From a virus (Duplodnaviria > Caudoviricetes), in IMG/VR virus record IMGVR_UViG_3300010347_002030: a DNA stretch of 64,000 nucleotides. One strand, written 5' to 3'. Below the pieces are notes generated by a model. It had not been told where the DNA came from and made no database searches. It saw only the letters and a list, made by a program, of their open reading frames with translations. Every line of letters begins with the position of its first letter. Position 1 is the first letter of the stretch. Shown piece after piece: positions 49,561-59,069 of this stretch. A program made the translations under genes and the position numbers.

Positions 49561-49851
49561 TTACCGGATATTTACTGTGACTTGCGTCGAAACGTTTGCC
49601 GGTGTAACCCTTACGGCAACAAAATTATCCTTTTTTCCAAATGCTGAATTCATTCGCTTTTCAATCTCATTTTTCCATTCGCCTTCACATTCGAAGACAA
49701 TGTACTCGCATTTGTTCTCGTAATGGCCGGGATAGCCGTGACCGGGGTTAGTTTGGCTCCGTTCATCGCCTTCCACCCAGTAGCGTGAAAACTCGATGAT
49801 AGCGAAATGCGGTTCTTTAGGAACCTCGTTTTTATTGTGTATCCATTTCAT
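49561..49851 (-). CDS. Hypothetical protein
   Basis: GDERSQTNPGHGYP motif. Confidence 0.6.
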   Translation of the reverse strand: MKWIHNKNEVPKEPHFAIIEFSRYWVEGDERSQTNPGHGYPGHYENKCEYIVFECEGEWKNEIEKRMNSAFGKKDNFVAVRVTPANVSTQVTVNIR

Positions 49852-50839
49852 TTTTTGCCTTTTTCTTTGATTGTTTTGATGGCTTTCCTGTTTCTTTTAC
49901 GACCTTTTCGTCTTTAAGATGCCATTTCTTCATTTCGGCATTTCGATGCCGAATATGTTTGGAAACTGCTTCATTCAAAGCTTTGTTAAACTCCAATTCT
50001 TCACTTTGACTACCTTGCCCCGTCTGGGGAATCCAAAGTTTGCGGAGATAGCACATGGCAGTTTCCAACCAATAAGCATTGTCCAGTGCCACCATGAAGT
50101 CTTCTACTGTAACTACGTTAGGAGAATAAAGAATATTTTTGTAATGCTTGTAGGCACAGTGTTCTTCAATCGGGCCACCCAATAGACGATTAACGTAAAA
50201 GTTATGAACAGTTAGAAATGCTCGTTGAAGAGCCGATTTGGTATTTTCATCGTCTTTCAAATCTCCGGAAATGGGAAGAGACAGATTTCCCTGTCTCATA
50301 TTGGCAATAGATTTTAACGCTTCGGCACGGTTTTCTTCGTAATATTTTTTGTCATCATTATTTTCAGGTTTATTCATGAATTTTTTGGAAGCTTTTATCA
50401 TAGCATGATAAACGCTATCCAGCACCATGAAGAGACTGATTTTAAGATATTTATCTGTACGTTCTCCTTTCTTCACGAGAGAACCCCGTTCTACACAAGC
50501 AAATACGTCTTCAAGTTTATTAAATTTAGTGATGCCGGGGTCGTTGATTTCGGCATGTTCTCCAAGGAGTTTGACTTCTCCTTCTGCCACCCACCGACGG
50601 AACGTTTCGAGCATGTACTTGGAATTCCAATCCTTTACAATATTCTCGATACTACCGTAATTATTATACTCGGCAGTGACAGGAAAGAACCAAGGGCGGA
50701 AAAAGTTTGAAGAGTAACAGGAACTCGAACCTTGTATTTCTTGATGATACTCCGATTGAAGCAGAAGTATCGCTTTGACCTTGGCCCCTGCCGTGATTGG
50801 CAGTTGACTAATACCACATGTTCCGTTCCAGCAACCCAT
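49832..50839 (-). CDS. Hypothetical protein
   Basis: Likely start MGCWNGTCGISQLPI; YNNYG. Confidence 0.6.
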   Translation of the reverse strand: MGCWNGTCGISQLPITAGAKVKAILLLQSEYHQEIQGSSSCYSSNFFRPWFFPVTAEYNNYGSIENIVKDWNSKYMLETFRRWVAEGEVKLLGEHAEINDPGITKFNKLEDVFACVERGSLVKKGERTDKYLKISLFMVLDSVYHAMIKASKKFMNKPENNDDKKYYEENRAEALKSIANMRQGNLSLPISGDLKDDENTKSALQRAFLTVHNFYVNRLLGGPIEEHCAYKHYKNILYSPNVVTVEDFMVALDNAYWLETAMCYLRKLWIPQTGQGSQSEELEFNKALNEAVSKHIRHRNAEMKKWHLKDEKVVKETGKPSKQSKKKAKNEMDTQ

Positions 50840-50966
50840 GTATTTTTCTTTCGTTAATTGGTTAAACATTCGTTCCAAAGGTAAATGAGTAGTGCTAGTA
50901 TTCCTACTGTCACTACCCATTTAACAGTGTCTTGTATCACACCTTTTCTATATGTTGAAAGTTTCT

Positions 50967-52091
50967 TCACTTTTTCAAGACCTGATACAACAACTTTTTT
51001 CGGTCTTCTTTATCAAGCGTCTTTCCGTCAAGCAACTTGAATACGAAGGATGCACGGTTCGTATTACCGTAGGACTGGATGACCTTGATTGCCTGATCCT
51101 TACGGGTAGGCAATGGCTTGAGCGTATCGTTCACGAAAGAAAGCATCCCGGTGATGATTTCTTGAACGTTCTTTGCTCCGTCGCAGATACGAGACACGTC
51201 GCCTCGGCATTGAGTCCAGAGTTCCCAGTCAAATCGGTCCACGATGAACTTCTCGAATTCGTCATAGGTCGGTTCACCCTGCTCATACCACACGTCGATA
51301 ACCTTGTCGATTGACGCCAAGGCTTCCTTCATGCGGTGAAGTGCAAGATACCAAGCACCCTTAACCTTGTGGAGCACTTGACCATTGCCAGAATAAACCA
51401 CAACACCTTCCTTACCTTTCCACGCTTCAACATCCTTCATGAGGTCTTCTACAGAAGGAAAGCTGTAAACGGTAGGACGCTTAAATCCGACCCAATCAGC
51501 GATATCGTTCAAGGTATCTTGCGATACCAGTGAATAATCTTCGTGAATCACCCTCCCCACCAAATACCATTCGGGATGATCCCCGTAGTTCAAAATAATG
51601 CGCTGTTGGGGTGATACCCATTCGAACAACCAAGATGAATCCCAAGTATCTGGGCCTTCCGGATTATTTATAATATCCGGAGTCATCAAGGACTTAAGCT
51701 TCGGCAAATACTTTTGCTTAAAGATTTCAAGTTCGTGGCCATTGTTCAACTTAGTAGCATCCACGGTTCCCCGAGTACGTAGAATGTAGTTACCCTTGTA
51801 CTTGGATACAATCAAAAGCGAACCATCCAACTTTTCAGTAATCACAGTGTCCTTAAGGGACTTTGGTACAGGAAAGTTGTCGGGATTCTCGCCCCAGTTT
51901 GTGAACTTAGGGAAACCAGCGGACACGAGTTCACCTTGTTCGTTCCAAAGAGAGGAACGAAAGATCTTATTCTCCTGCGTCCAACGACATCCCATGATTT
52001 GGGGTTGAACCAAATACAGGGTTTCACCATTTGTGGTATGTGGGTGAACCATGAATTGGTCAAGGTCAATGTCGTTGATGTTGATTTTCAT
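50967..52091 (-). CDS. RNA ligase 1 (T4 RnlA-like)
   Basis: FPKFTN, EKLDGSL (motif I), TRG, FEW, EGVV, KVKG.WY. Confidence 0.88.
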   Translation of the reverse strand: MKININDIDLDQFMVHPHTTNGETLYLVQPQIMGCRWTQENKIFRSSLWNEQGELVSAGFPKFTNWGENPDNFPVPKSLKDTVITEKLDGSLLIVSKYKGNYILRTRGTVDATKLNNGHELEIFKQKYLPKLKSLMTPDIINNPEGPDTWDSSWLFEWVSPQQRIILNYGDHPEWYLVGRVIHEDYSLVSQDTLNDIADWVGFKRPTVYSFPSVEDLMKDVEAWKGKEGVVVYSGNGQVLHKVKGAWYLALHRMKEALASIDKVIDVWYEQGEPTYDEFEKFIVDRFDWELWTQCRGDVSRICDGAKNVQEIITGMLSFVNDTLKPLPTRKDQAIKVIQSYGNTNRASFVFKLLDGKTLDKEDRKKLLYQVLKK

Positions 52092-52150
52092 TGTTTGGTT
52101 CGGATATTGGATTTCGGGTAATTGTCAACTGGAAAGCTTGGCTTTCTCCA

Positions 52151-52474
52151 TTATTTTGTATGATGTTCAGGCCATGGTCCCAAGCAAAGTTGATCATCCG
52201 GGATACTACCATGTTCGCCCACGAATTCTCCCCACCTGTCGGGCCATTCTGCTTTTCTCACGTACCCTTTTTGGATTAACTCGCCTTTGCCGTTGTAAAG
52301 GTCTTCTACAGTATCGTTGATGGGATAATATCCGCCCCACCAGTAAACCTCCAAAGATGGTTCAGTGTGTCCTGTTTTTTCTCGGCGTTTTTTGTTGGTG
52401 TCACAGACATATACAAGGCGTTTAACGCCTTTACTGTCGAACCATTCCCAAATACCTTCTCTATCGGGTTTCAT
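52151..52474 (-). CDS. Hypothetical protein
   Basis: MKPDREGIWEWF start. Confidence 0.55.
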   Translation of the reverse strand: MKPDREGIWEWFDSKGVKRLVYVCDTNKKRREKTGHTEPSLEVYWWGGYYPINDTVEDLYNGKGELIQKGYVRKAEWPDRWGEFVGEHGSIPDDQLCLGPWPEHHTK

Positions 52475-52661
52475 GCCTTTTTTCGAATTTCTCTTTCAGT
52501 TCTTTGTTGGTCTTACCTTCGGCACATTTCTGGCAGACTCCCCATCCATACATGCAATCTTCACAAATTTCTTGACCGCATTCATGACATGGAAAAACCC
52601 AATTATGATGGTCGTGCTCACTGTGACAACGTTCGCAGCCATAGACAATTTTAACATACAT
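52461..52661 (-). CDS. Small Cys-rich Zn-finger protein
   Basis: Four CxxC pairs; sigma70 promoter at 52669-52696. Confidence 0.55.
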   Translation of the reverse strand: MYVKIVYGCERCHSEHDHHNWVFPCHECGQEICEDCMYGWGVCQKCAEGKTNKELKEKFEKRHETR

Positions 52662-52696
52662 AACTGCTATTCTACGGATTGTTTAGAAAAAGTCAA

Positions 52697-52859
52697 GGGG
52701 AAACCATGATATTTGGCGAACAGTTCAGATGGACACGCCAATTGGAGGTATATGATTTTGACGGAGCGAAGACCCCGGTCTGATTCGATGTCCCGTAAAG
52801 GCCCATACTGGTAACCAGCCAGCTTTCTATGGGTTGCGGGGGCACTTCATGGTTTCCTT
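52697..52859. ncRNA. Candidate ~160-nt structured non-coding RNA
   Basis: GC-rich intergenic island closed by GGAAACCATGA/TCATGGTTTCC, with internal helices TTGGCG/CGCCAA, TGTCCCGTAA/TTGCGGGGGCA and CCCATA/TATGGG. Confidence 0.55.
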
Positions 52860-52869
52860 AAAATTTTGT

Positions 52870-53286
52870 TTAGCGGTTTAGGAAGCACGATTGTTTGAAA
52901 AGTTCATAAGACCTGAGATAGTTTACGATATTCATCCTTCCCACGGGGTTGGATGAATGAACAAACCACTCAGGTAATGGCAAGTTTTTAGAATCGCAGT
53001 ACTCAACCAACCATTTTGCGGCATCCAGTCCAGTTTTTTCTTTGAATTTACTGTAATCTATTGGACCCCCCATCCTCAATTCATCTTGAGGATAGTGTTC
53101 CCACGATAAGTCATGATCAAAGGAAATGCGGCTAGGTAAACCGTTTTTAATGATGTAATCAACAAACTCATCATAAGAGCGTACGATGTCCCACGAATAT
53201 AGTGGGAATTCTTCCCATCCGCTATTATGCCAAGCATGTGTTACGTCGAGCGGCTTGCGAATGTCGTCTAAGAAAAGATTGCTCAT
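52870..53286 (-). CDS. Cyclic-phosphate-processing receiver-domain protein
   Basis: LFLDDIR, VRSYDEF, ISFDHDL, KTGLDAAKWL, VHSSNPVG. Confidence 0.8.
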   Translation of the reverse strand: MSNLFLDDIRKPLDVTHAWHNSGWEEFPLYSWDIVRSYDEFVDYIIKNGLPSRISFDHDLSWEHYPQDELRMGGPIDYSKFKEKTGLDAAKWLVEYCDSKNLPLPEWFVHSSNPVGRMNIVNYLRSYELFKQSCFLNR

Positions 53287-54293
53287 TCAGTGTCCTTGTA
53301 ATTTTCGTTAAGGACTTTTCCAGACCACTCCTTGTTTAGGACGGTGCTTCGCAGCGGCCATTGTGGACGAATAACAATACCCTCAGCAGGAGTACCGTTT
53401 GGATACTTTAAGTTATTGGCCTTCTTGATGAGAGCTTCAAGATTGTATTGAAATTTATCACCCATTTCAACAAGTGTTACCATTGGAATGGATGTATCAT
53501 TGCAAAAACCTTGCAACTGGACAAACGTAGCGTAGGTTCGAACATCCAAGAACTGAATGCTAAACAGGTGCAACTCATGGTCTGTCAAGCCAAGATTGTT
53601 GCCGTTGACTCCCGGTCCAACGACTTCACCTTGAATAGCAATGTCTTGCTCTCCGAAGAATGTCTTGATTTTGTTCTCAATATCGTATTTACGAGCCAAC
53701 TTCCAAAATAGATTTTTGTCGTCTTCGGCCAGTTGAAGGTTTCGACTGCAAACACCGAATACACCCTTATGTACAAAAAATGTACCAGAGCTACCGTCGT
53801 CTTTTCGGGTGATATAGAACTCCCGGCCCCTTAACTCGTCAAGAGCTTCGGGGTAACTTCGGAGATTGTCCTCGTCTGTCTTGATGATGAAGCTTGGCAG
53901 ATAACCCAAAGCCTGACCAGACAAAGCGGCAGGTAGCGGCTTCTCGTAATGCTTGGCACCAATTATATCAGATACGTCCATACCCACATAAAGAGGGCCA
54001 GCCATATCGTAACCAAATTTGGCCAAGGAACTTACCGGCAGGCAAAGGCCATTTGAAGCTTCGCCTCGCAGACGAATCGGGCGAACTCGAAAACCTTTGT
54101 TTCGAAGAAACTCGAACTCTGGGTGCTCGTTGACAATGGAATCAATCTCGATGTAAATACATAAATCTCCCTCGGAAAACGTTCCAGATTTTGAAACTAT
54201 TTGCCACCCTAAAACCTGAAAAATATCCAGACAGTCTGCGTTTGGATGTTTTCGGAGATTAGATACTCTTTGAATCGTTGCTGTGGGTTTCAT
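53283..54293 (-). CDS. RNA ligase (DRB0094/Rnl2-type with N-terminal OB-like module)
   Basis: HPNADCL, GWQIV, EIDS, KTDE, RKDDGSS, CSRN, QGEVVGPG, EGIVIR. Confidence 0.88.
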   Translation of the reverse strand: MKPTATIQRVSNLRKHPNADCLDIFQVLGWQIVSKSGTFSEGDLCIYIEIDSIVNEHPEFEFLRNKGFRVRPIRLRGEASNGLCLPVSSLAKFGYDMAGPLYVGMDVSDIIGAKHYEKPLPAALSGQALGYLPSFIIKTDEDNLRSYPEALDELRGREFYITRKDDGSSGTFFVHKGVFGVCSRNLQLAEDDKNLFWKLARKYDIENKIKTFFGEQDIAIQGEVVGPGVNGNNLGLTDHELHLFSIQFLDVRTYATFVQLQGFCNDTSIPMVTLVEMGDKFQYNLEALIKKANNLKYPNGTPAEGIVIRPQWPLRSTVLNKEWSGKVLNENYKDTE

Positions 54294-54915
54294 ATTTTTT
54301 TGTTGAATGGTGATAGACCCGTTTTATCCACGAATGGAATTCATCTAATGTCATTGAAAGCTTTGCTCTGTTACAAGTATCGCAGCACGGTACTACATTT
54401 TCAGATGAATATCCTTTGGTTGGGTCTATTCGATCAATTCCATTATAATCATAACTTTTGTTTTCGTGTCGTTTGTGTTTATGTGTATTACTTTTTTGCT
54501 TTCCACAATAAAAACATTCCGACTGTATCAATGCGTCGAATAGATCACGAGTGAGAGAAAAAGTCAAGCATCTTTGTTGAGCACATTGGCGGTAGCTGCT
54601 ATAAAGGTTTCTGCACGCATATTCTTTGATTGGTAATGCATTTCGTTTTCCATTTTCTCTGGCTTTTTCTCGTTGTAAACAGCCGCAACTTCGTGTATGT
54701 GATTTCCCGTCATCTTTCAAATGCTCTGCTCGTACGCTACATATTGTTCCACAATCGCATTGACATTTCCAATAAACTTTCCACCTATTTTTAGGAGACG
54801 TGCGTTCCCAGTCTCGAAACAATACGTTCAATCGTCCAAACTTTTGGCCATTTAGTTTTCGATATCTATTTTGTGTTTTCACCATATCCAAATATGTTCC
54901 TTTCTGATGATACAT
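54259..54915 (-). CDS. HNH homing endonuclease
   Basis: GQKFGRL, WKCQCDCG, SCGC, CFYCG, GIDRIDPTKGYSSENVVPCC..CN..K; same family as 14924-15484. Confidence 0.85.
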   Translation of the reverse strand: MYHQKGTYLDMVKTQNRYRKLNGQKFGRLNVLFRDWERTSPKNRWKVYWKCQCDCGTICSVRAEHLKDDGKSHTRSCGCLQREKARENGKRNALPIKEYACRNLYSSYRQCAQQRCLTFSLTRDLFDALIQSECFYCGKQKSNTHKHKRHENKSYDYNGIDRIDPTKGYSSENVVPCCDTCNRAKLSMTLDEFHSWIKRVYHHSTKKYETHSNDSKSI

Positions 54916-54950
54916 ATATTAGGATGAGTTCAAACGACAATAAATACAGC

Positions 54951-54995
54951 ATAAAAATAAAAGGGCGGCAGGCAACCCGAATCACCTACCGCCCC
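54951..54995 (-). terminator. Intrinsic terminator after rIIB
   Basis: GGGCGGTAGGT-gattcgggt-TGCCTGCCGCCC followed by TTTTATTTTT on the minus strand. Confidence 0.75.
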
Positions 54996-55076
54996 GTTTA
55001 TTTGAGGGTTGTTAGAGCCCTCTTTCTTTTCATTGGCAGGGGGAACGCTAGAATCCCTGCCTTTGTCGAGAAGATG

Positions 55077-56390
55077 TCAGTGCTTGTAATCCTTTCGGCC
55101 AGCACGGTAACCATCGCAGTAGCCACGCTCGAACTCACTAGAGGCTGTATCCTTTTGATAGAATAACCGCTTACGGCGGTCATCCCACTGCGCAAGGATG
55201 CACTCCCCCCCGGCTTCTGTATCCTTTTGATAGAATAACCGCTTACGGCGGCGAACACCATTTCGGAATCCGAGTTGGTAGCCCTGTTCATAATTATTGG
55301 AGCCCACGAGATTCTGTGTTATTTTTTCCGCAGCCGTCTCGATTTGTTTATTGTGAAACACTTCCGTGAGACTGTTTGCGTTTTCCACTTTGTATTTTTC
55401 GTTGAGCCCCGCTTTGTTGTAATCCTCGGGGGACATTTTCGAATCGGCCTTGAGATAACATTTCTTACACGAGGCATTGCAATCATCATATTCCTCTTTC
55501 TCATCATCACAGCTACAATCAGAGACGTATTCACCGCAATCGTCGCAGATTTCCTCCGTGTCGTCTTCCTCGCAAGTGTCCTCACAGGAAGGATATTCCG
55601 ACATGGAATAATCTGTCGTATAGGTGTCCGGAAGTGGGCCATCATAAGTGCCGATAACTTTGTATTTGCAGCAACGCAATTTCTTACAATTGCAATCCTC
55701 GGGAACCGACACCACATCGGCGGGATCGATTTCAATCAGAATGATAATGCCATTATGCTGACGAGCCCAATCTTTGGCGTATTCCAAAGAACCAGCGTGC
55801 AAACCACCAGAACATCCTCGGCGAAAATCATCGTCCACGCTGGAACGATTCATTTCAATAACCTCCCCAATTCCGTTGAAAATCTGCCCTGCCTCGTTCC
55901 GACGACCAGAAATCAGCGGTTCGTTACCGGATGAAACCGAAAAGAAATCCTTTCGGACGCCCTTATAGGCTAAAATAGTGCCGTTGGGGGTAAGAGGCAT
56001 GTTCTTGTGTTCCAAGAAGTTATACATCTCGGAGATGGCCCGTTTAGAGGGGTTCTTGAGCTTACGGACCATGTAGTTGGCAATTGGCTGGTAGGGTTCG
56101 CCTTGACGTAAGAATGCCATGATGCGGTCAACGTCAATGCCTGCAAGGGGCACATCACGATAAAAAACACCTTGATCGCTGACGATGAGGTCGCCAGAAC
56201 TGAATTTTTCCACGATACGCTTCATGCTCAAGAGTTCAAGCATTGCTTCGTGGTTTTGTTCGTTCCACGCTTTCACCAATTCAGCCCATTTTGGGTGCTC
56301 CGAGGTAGCAGGAATCGGTTTGACAACACCGTTGTCATTCACGAAGACCGTAATGGTATTGTTGGATTTTGTTGCAGTAATTACATTCAT
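55077..56390 (-). CDS. rIIB: rIIB-like protein
   Basis: KNPSKRAISEMYNFLEH, TPNG..LAYKGV, CSGGLHAG, IDPADVVSVP, KLRCCKYKV; downstream of rIIA. Confidence 0.88.
   Translation of the reverse strand: MNVITATKSNNTITVFVNDNGVVKPIPATSEHPKWAELVKAWNEQNHEAMLELLSMKRIVEKFSSGDLIVSDQGVFYRDVPLAGIDVDRIMAFLRQGEPYQPIANYMVRKLKNPSKRAISEMYNFLEHKNMPLTPNGTILAYKGVRKDFFSVSSGNEPLISGRRNEAGQIFNGIGEVIEMNRSSVDDDFRRGCSGGLHAGSLEYAKDWARQHNGIIILIEIDPADVVSVPEDCNCKKLRCCKYKVIGTYDGPLPDTYTTDYSMSEYPSCEDTCEEDDTEEICDDCGEYVSDCSCDDEKEEYDDCNASCKKCYLKADSKMSPEDYNKAGLNEKYKVENANSLTEVFHNKQIETAAEKITQNLVGSNNYEQGYQLGFRNGVRRRKRLFYQKDTEAGGECILAQWDDRRKRLFYQKDTASSEFERGYCDGYRAGRKDYKH
55145..55251. repeat. Exact 35-bp direct repeat (period 72 bp) in the rIIB 3' end
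   Basis: CTGTATCCTTTTGATAGAATAACCGCTTACGGCGG at 55145-55179 and 55217-55251. Confidence 0.9.
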
Positions 56391-56402
56391 AGTTTGACCT
56401 TT

Positions 56403-56430
56403 ATTATACACGTTCGGGAGAAGAAGTCAA
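56403..56430 (-). promoter_or_regulatory. sigma70 promoter for rIIB inside the rIIA 3' end
   Basis: TTGACT-16-TATAAT. Confidence 0.7.
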
Positions 56431-58758
56431 CATCTTTTTTTGGGAATCCACCAATTTGATATAATCCACCAAAGCGGCGAGTTTCGACTCGTTAACCGAA
56501 TCGTAATAGCCAATGTCCATCCACTTCATCATTGGATATTCCGCAGCAATCGCCTTCAAGAGTTTGCCGTAATCTGCTGGAGCCCGCCCAAAAGTGACAG
56601 CCGGAAGACCCATATATTCAGCCGCCGCTATAAGGTCGTCGAAATTACAGGCATTTTTCACAACTTCATTGGCGTAGGAGTTAAATACAGGACTGGATCC
56701 ATTCAATTCCTTAACGATACGGTTTATCCATTCTGTGTTGAGAATACTGATTTCACTACGATAGTTTTGCAAGAACTGGTTGAAGTGATATCGCCGCTTC
56801 ATCTCATCGGTAACCGTAATCTCAACGTTTTCCTTGACATACTCGGTAACTTCCTGCCACAGACCTTTCTCCATGGCTTTCTGAAACCACTTGGCTTGGC
56901 TTTTGCCTTCGGGAATACAATACACACGGTCCATGTCGGGGCAATACTCGGAAAGAACCCGCAATTTATCAACCAGAGTGTTCAGTTTCGGATTATATCC
57001 GGTTTTCAAATAGGCAAATTTGCGGTTAGTAATAACGAACACACCCCCGTCTTCCAAATCTCGTAGGCAGACTTCTTCTTCCCGCACGCAACCCTCGGCA
57101 ACGTCAATATATTTCATCTTAGTCGTAGCCTCGCCGCCGTTCCGGCCATAACTCTTACGATTGACACGTTGCCAAGCTTTAACATCCTCGACAATTGTGG
57201 AGATATTAACGTATTCCGCAGTCTCGAAATTGTAGTGGGCGAAAAACTTAGCCTTTTGTGTATCATCGGCAAAGCGGAGAATGTGAACACGATCCACCTT
57301 CTGAGCGGGATTTAATAGGTAGTAGCGAGCCACGGTTTGCATGAGACTGGCATACCGCCCGTCCAAAATCACCACTTTGATACGATTGAAGGGTGTAATG
57401 CGGTTGTAATCCTTCGACGTACAGGTCAATTTTTTGACCCGAGTTTTCTTTCGGCGATAGGTCACCAAACAAGGAGTGAACGGTTCCGTAACTTTGTCAA
57501 ACTCGGCATCGGGGCGGTCAACATCCCAATGATGCATTTGAGAAAAATGAGGCGAATCGATGAGAATTCCGTTCCAGAACAGCTTTTTCTCAAACAGTCC
57601 TTCCAACCGATAAAAGTCACCTTCGAGGACTTTGATGGCGTTATCACAATCTGGTATTTCGCCATCGTCACCATCATCATCCTCGGACGTGTCATATTTG
57701 TCCAAAAGGTTTTTACCAAACAAAGATAGGTAAATTCGCTTGGCGTCCCAAATGGACTTGGCATCGGCGAATTTTTTGATTACGGCGGCTTCTAGCGTTT
57801 TGAAGATTTCTTCAACCTTGTTTTCAAGATTCTTATAGGTCGTATCGGTGTACTCCAGTTCTTCCCGATTGATAGTAAACTTTAATGTTCCAATCGGGAA
57901 AGTGAGAATCACGTCGTTGGAACAGAGAATTTCCAAAAGAATACGCTTTTGAGGCGTGAGAGCCAGCTTGGAGTTGAGCATCGTCCAATCAATGGGATAC
58001 GCAACTTGCCCCATACAAGCCACGCTTTTTCCACCAGAATAGGGGTTGCTATTGGGGCGAATTTCCCACCCATCTCCAGAAAGGAACGTAGGGCGGTTAC
58101 GGAACTCCATCATACGGGACAGTTCGGACGTTTCCATATTGGAAATCGTCGGCAGAACCGCCCAGTACTTGTAAAAGTCAGCCGCTTTAGAATGAATGGT
58201 GTGAAGGTCGCTGATTTTAATGGGAATAGCTACTTCAATGCCGGTGCGTTCTCCCTCGGACATTGGCTCCTCGGACATCAGAAGAACATCGCCTTCCTTT
58301 TGGTCGTCGCCTTTGATGATATTATAGATGGATTTCTTCCCATCGACCCAAGAAGTAACTACAAAAGAGTCCCCATATGCGAAGCCGGATTTACAACCGA
58401 GGCCCAATTGGCCATTGAACTCGTTTGACTCTCGTTTGGTGCTTTCACCGAGAATACAATAGATGTCCCGTACTTCTTTCAAAGTGAGACCGGAGCCAAA
58501 ATCCCGAATACGGAACATGGGATCGTTCAGGGTTGGCATGGACACTTGAATTTCGCTTATTGGCAGCTTCGCCAGAACATGAGCGTCCCATGCATTGGTG
58601 CTGTATTCCCGAATGATGGCGAGAGGTTTATCCTTATAAATGCGGTCAGTGACGGCATTGATGAGGAAGGGAATGTTTTTGACCGTTGCGGTCACTTTGC
58701 CGATGGACTTCGGGTCACCAGCGGTCTCAATTGTCTGCGTGTTATCTACAGGTATCAT
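56404..58758 (-). CDS. rIIA: rIIA-like protein (GHKL/Hsp90-like ATPase N-terminus)
   Basis: IREYSTNAWDAH, IRDFGSGL, STKRESN..GQLGLGCKS, REELEY. Confidence 0.9.
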   Translation of the reverse strand: MIPVDNTQTIETAGDPKSIGKVTATVKNIPFLINAVTDRIYKDKPLAIIREYSTNAWDAHVLAKLPISEIQVSMPTLNDPMFRIRDFGSGLTLKEVRDIYCILGESTKRESNEFNGQLGLGCKSGFAYGDSFVVTSWVDGKKSIYNIIKGDDQKEGDVLLMSEEPMSEGERTGIEVAIPIKISDLHTIHSKAADFYKYWAVLPTISNMETSELSRMMEFRNRPTFLSGDGWEIRPNSNPYSGGKSVACMGQVAYPIDWTMLNSKLALTPQKRILLEILCSNDVILTFPIGTLKFTINREELEYTDTTYKNLENKVEEIFKTLEAAVIKKFADAKSIWDAKRIYLSLFGKNLLDKYDTSEDDDGDDGEIPDCDNAIKVLEGDFYRLEGLFEKKLFWNGILIDSPHFSQMHHWDVDRPDAEFDKVTEPFTPCLVTYRRKKTRVKKLTCTSKDYNRITPFNRIKVVILDGRYASLMQTVARYYLLNPAQKVDRVHILRFADDTQKAKFFAHYNFETAEYVNISTIVEDVKAWQRVNRKSYGRNGGEATTKMKYIDVAEGCVREEEVCLRDLEDGGVFVITNRKFAYLKTGYNPKLNTLVDKLRVLSEYCPDMDRVYCIPEGKSQAKWFQKAMEKGLWQEVTEYVKENVEITVTDEMKRRYHFNQFLQNYRSEISILNTEWINRIVKELNGSSPVFNSYANEVVKNACNFDDLIAAAEYMGLPAVTFGRAPADYGKLLKAIAAEYPMMKWMDIGYYDSVNESKLAALVDYIKLVDSQKKMLTSSPERV

Positions 58759-58790
58759 AGCGTTCCATTTTTAATCTAGCGTTGAGAGAC

Positions 58791-58818
58791 ATTATACCGA
58801 TTTCGGGTCGGCTGTCAA
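58791..58818 (-). promoter_or_regulatory. sigma70 promoter for rIIA
   Basis: TTGACA-16-TATAAT. Confidence 0.75.
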
Positions 58819-59069
58819 CTGTTTTGTTTTGGTTTTGGCAGTGCGGACATCAAAAGAGCACACAGAATGGACGGCATGGGGAGAAAAAACCACATGAGCA
58901 TTCGGTGTTCGGCGATTAGACGTGCCTCGGGGACAAACAGGAAGTAAATGAGCACTTCGTTCAGGAGAGTCCCCAATCCGGAAAGCCAGAACCATAGTAA
59001 AAAGTCGGGGGACCATCCCGGCCCCGCCATTTTGGCTGGCTCATCCTTGCTGTAAAGTCGATTACTCAT
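58815..59069 (-). CDS. Small two-TM membrane protein
   Basis: Two hydrophobic stretches; TTGACA-16-TATGCT at 59081-59108. Confidence 0.55.
   Translation of the reverse strand: MSNRLYSKDEPAKMAGPGWSPDFLLWFWLSGLGTLLNEVLIYFLFVPEARLIAEHRMLMWFFLPMPSILCALLMSALPKPKQNS

Noticed and set aside
52697-52859. tRNA or tmRNA
   Set aside because: No GTTCRA T-loop or cloverleaf and no CCA acceptor stem; no tRNA gene was recognised anywhere in the window
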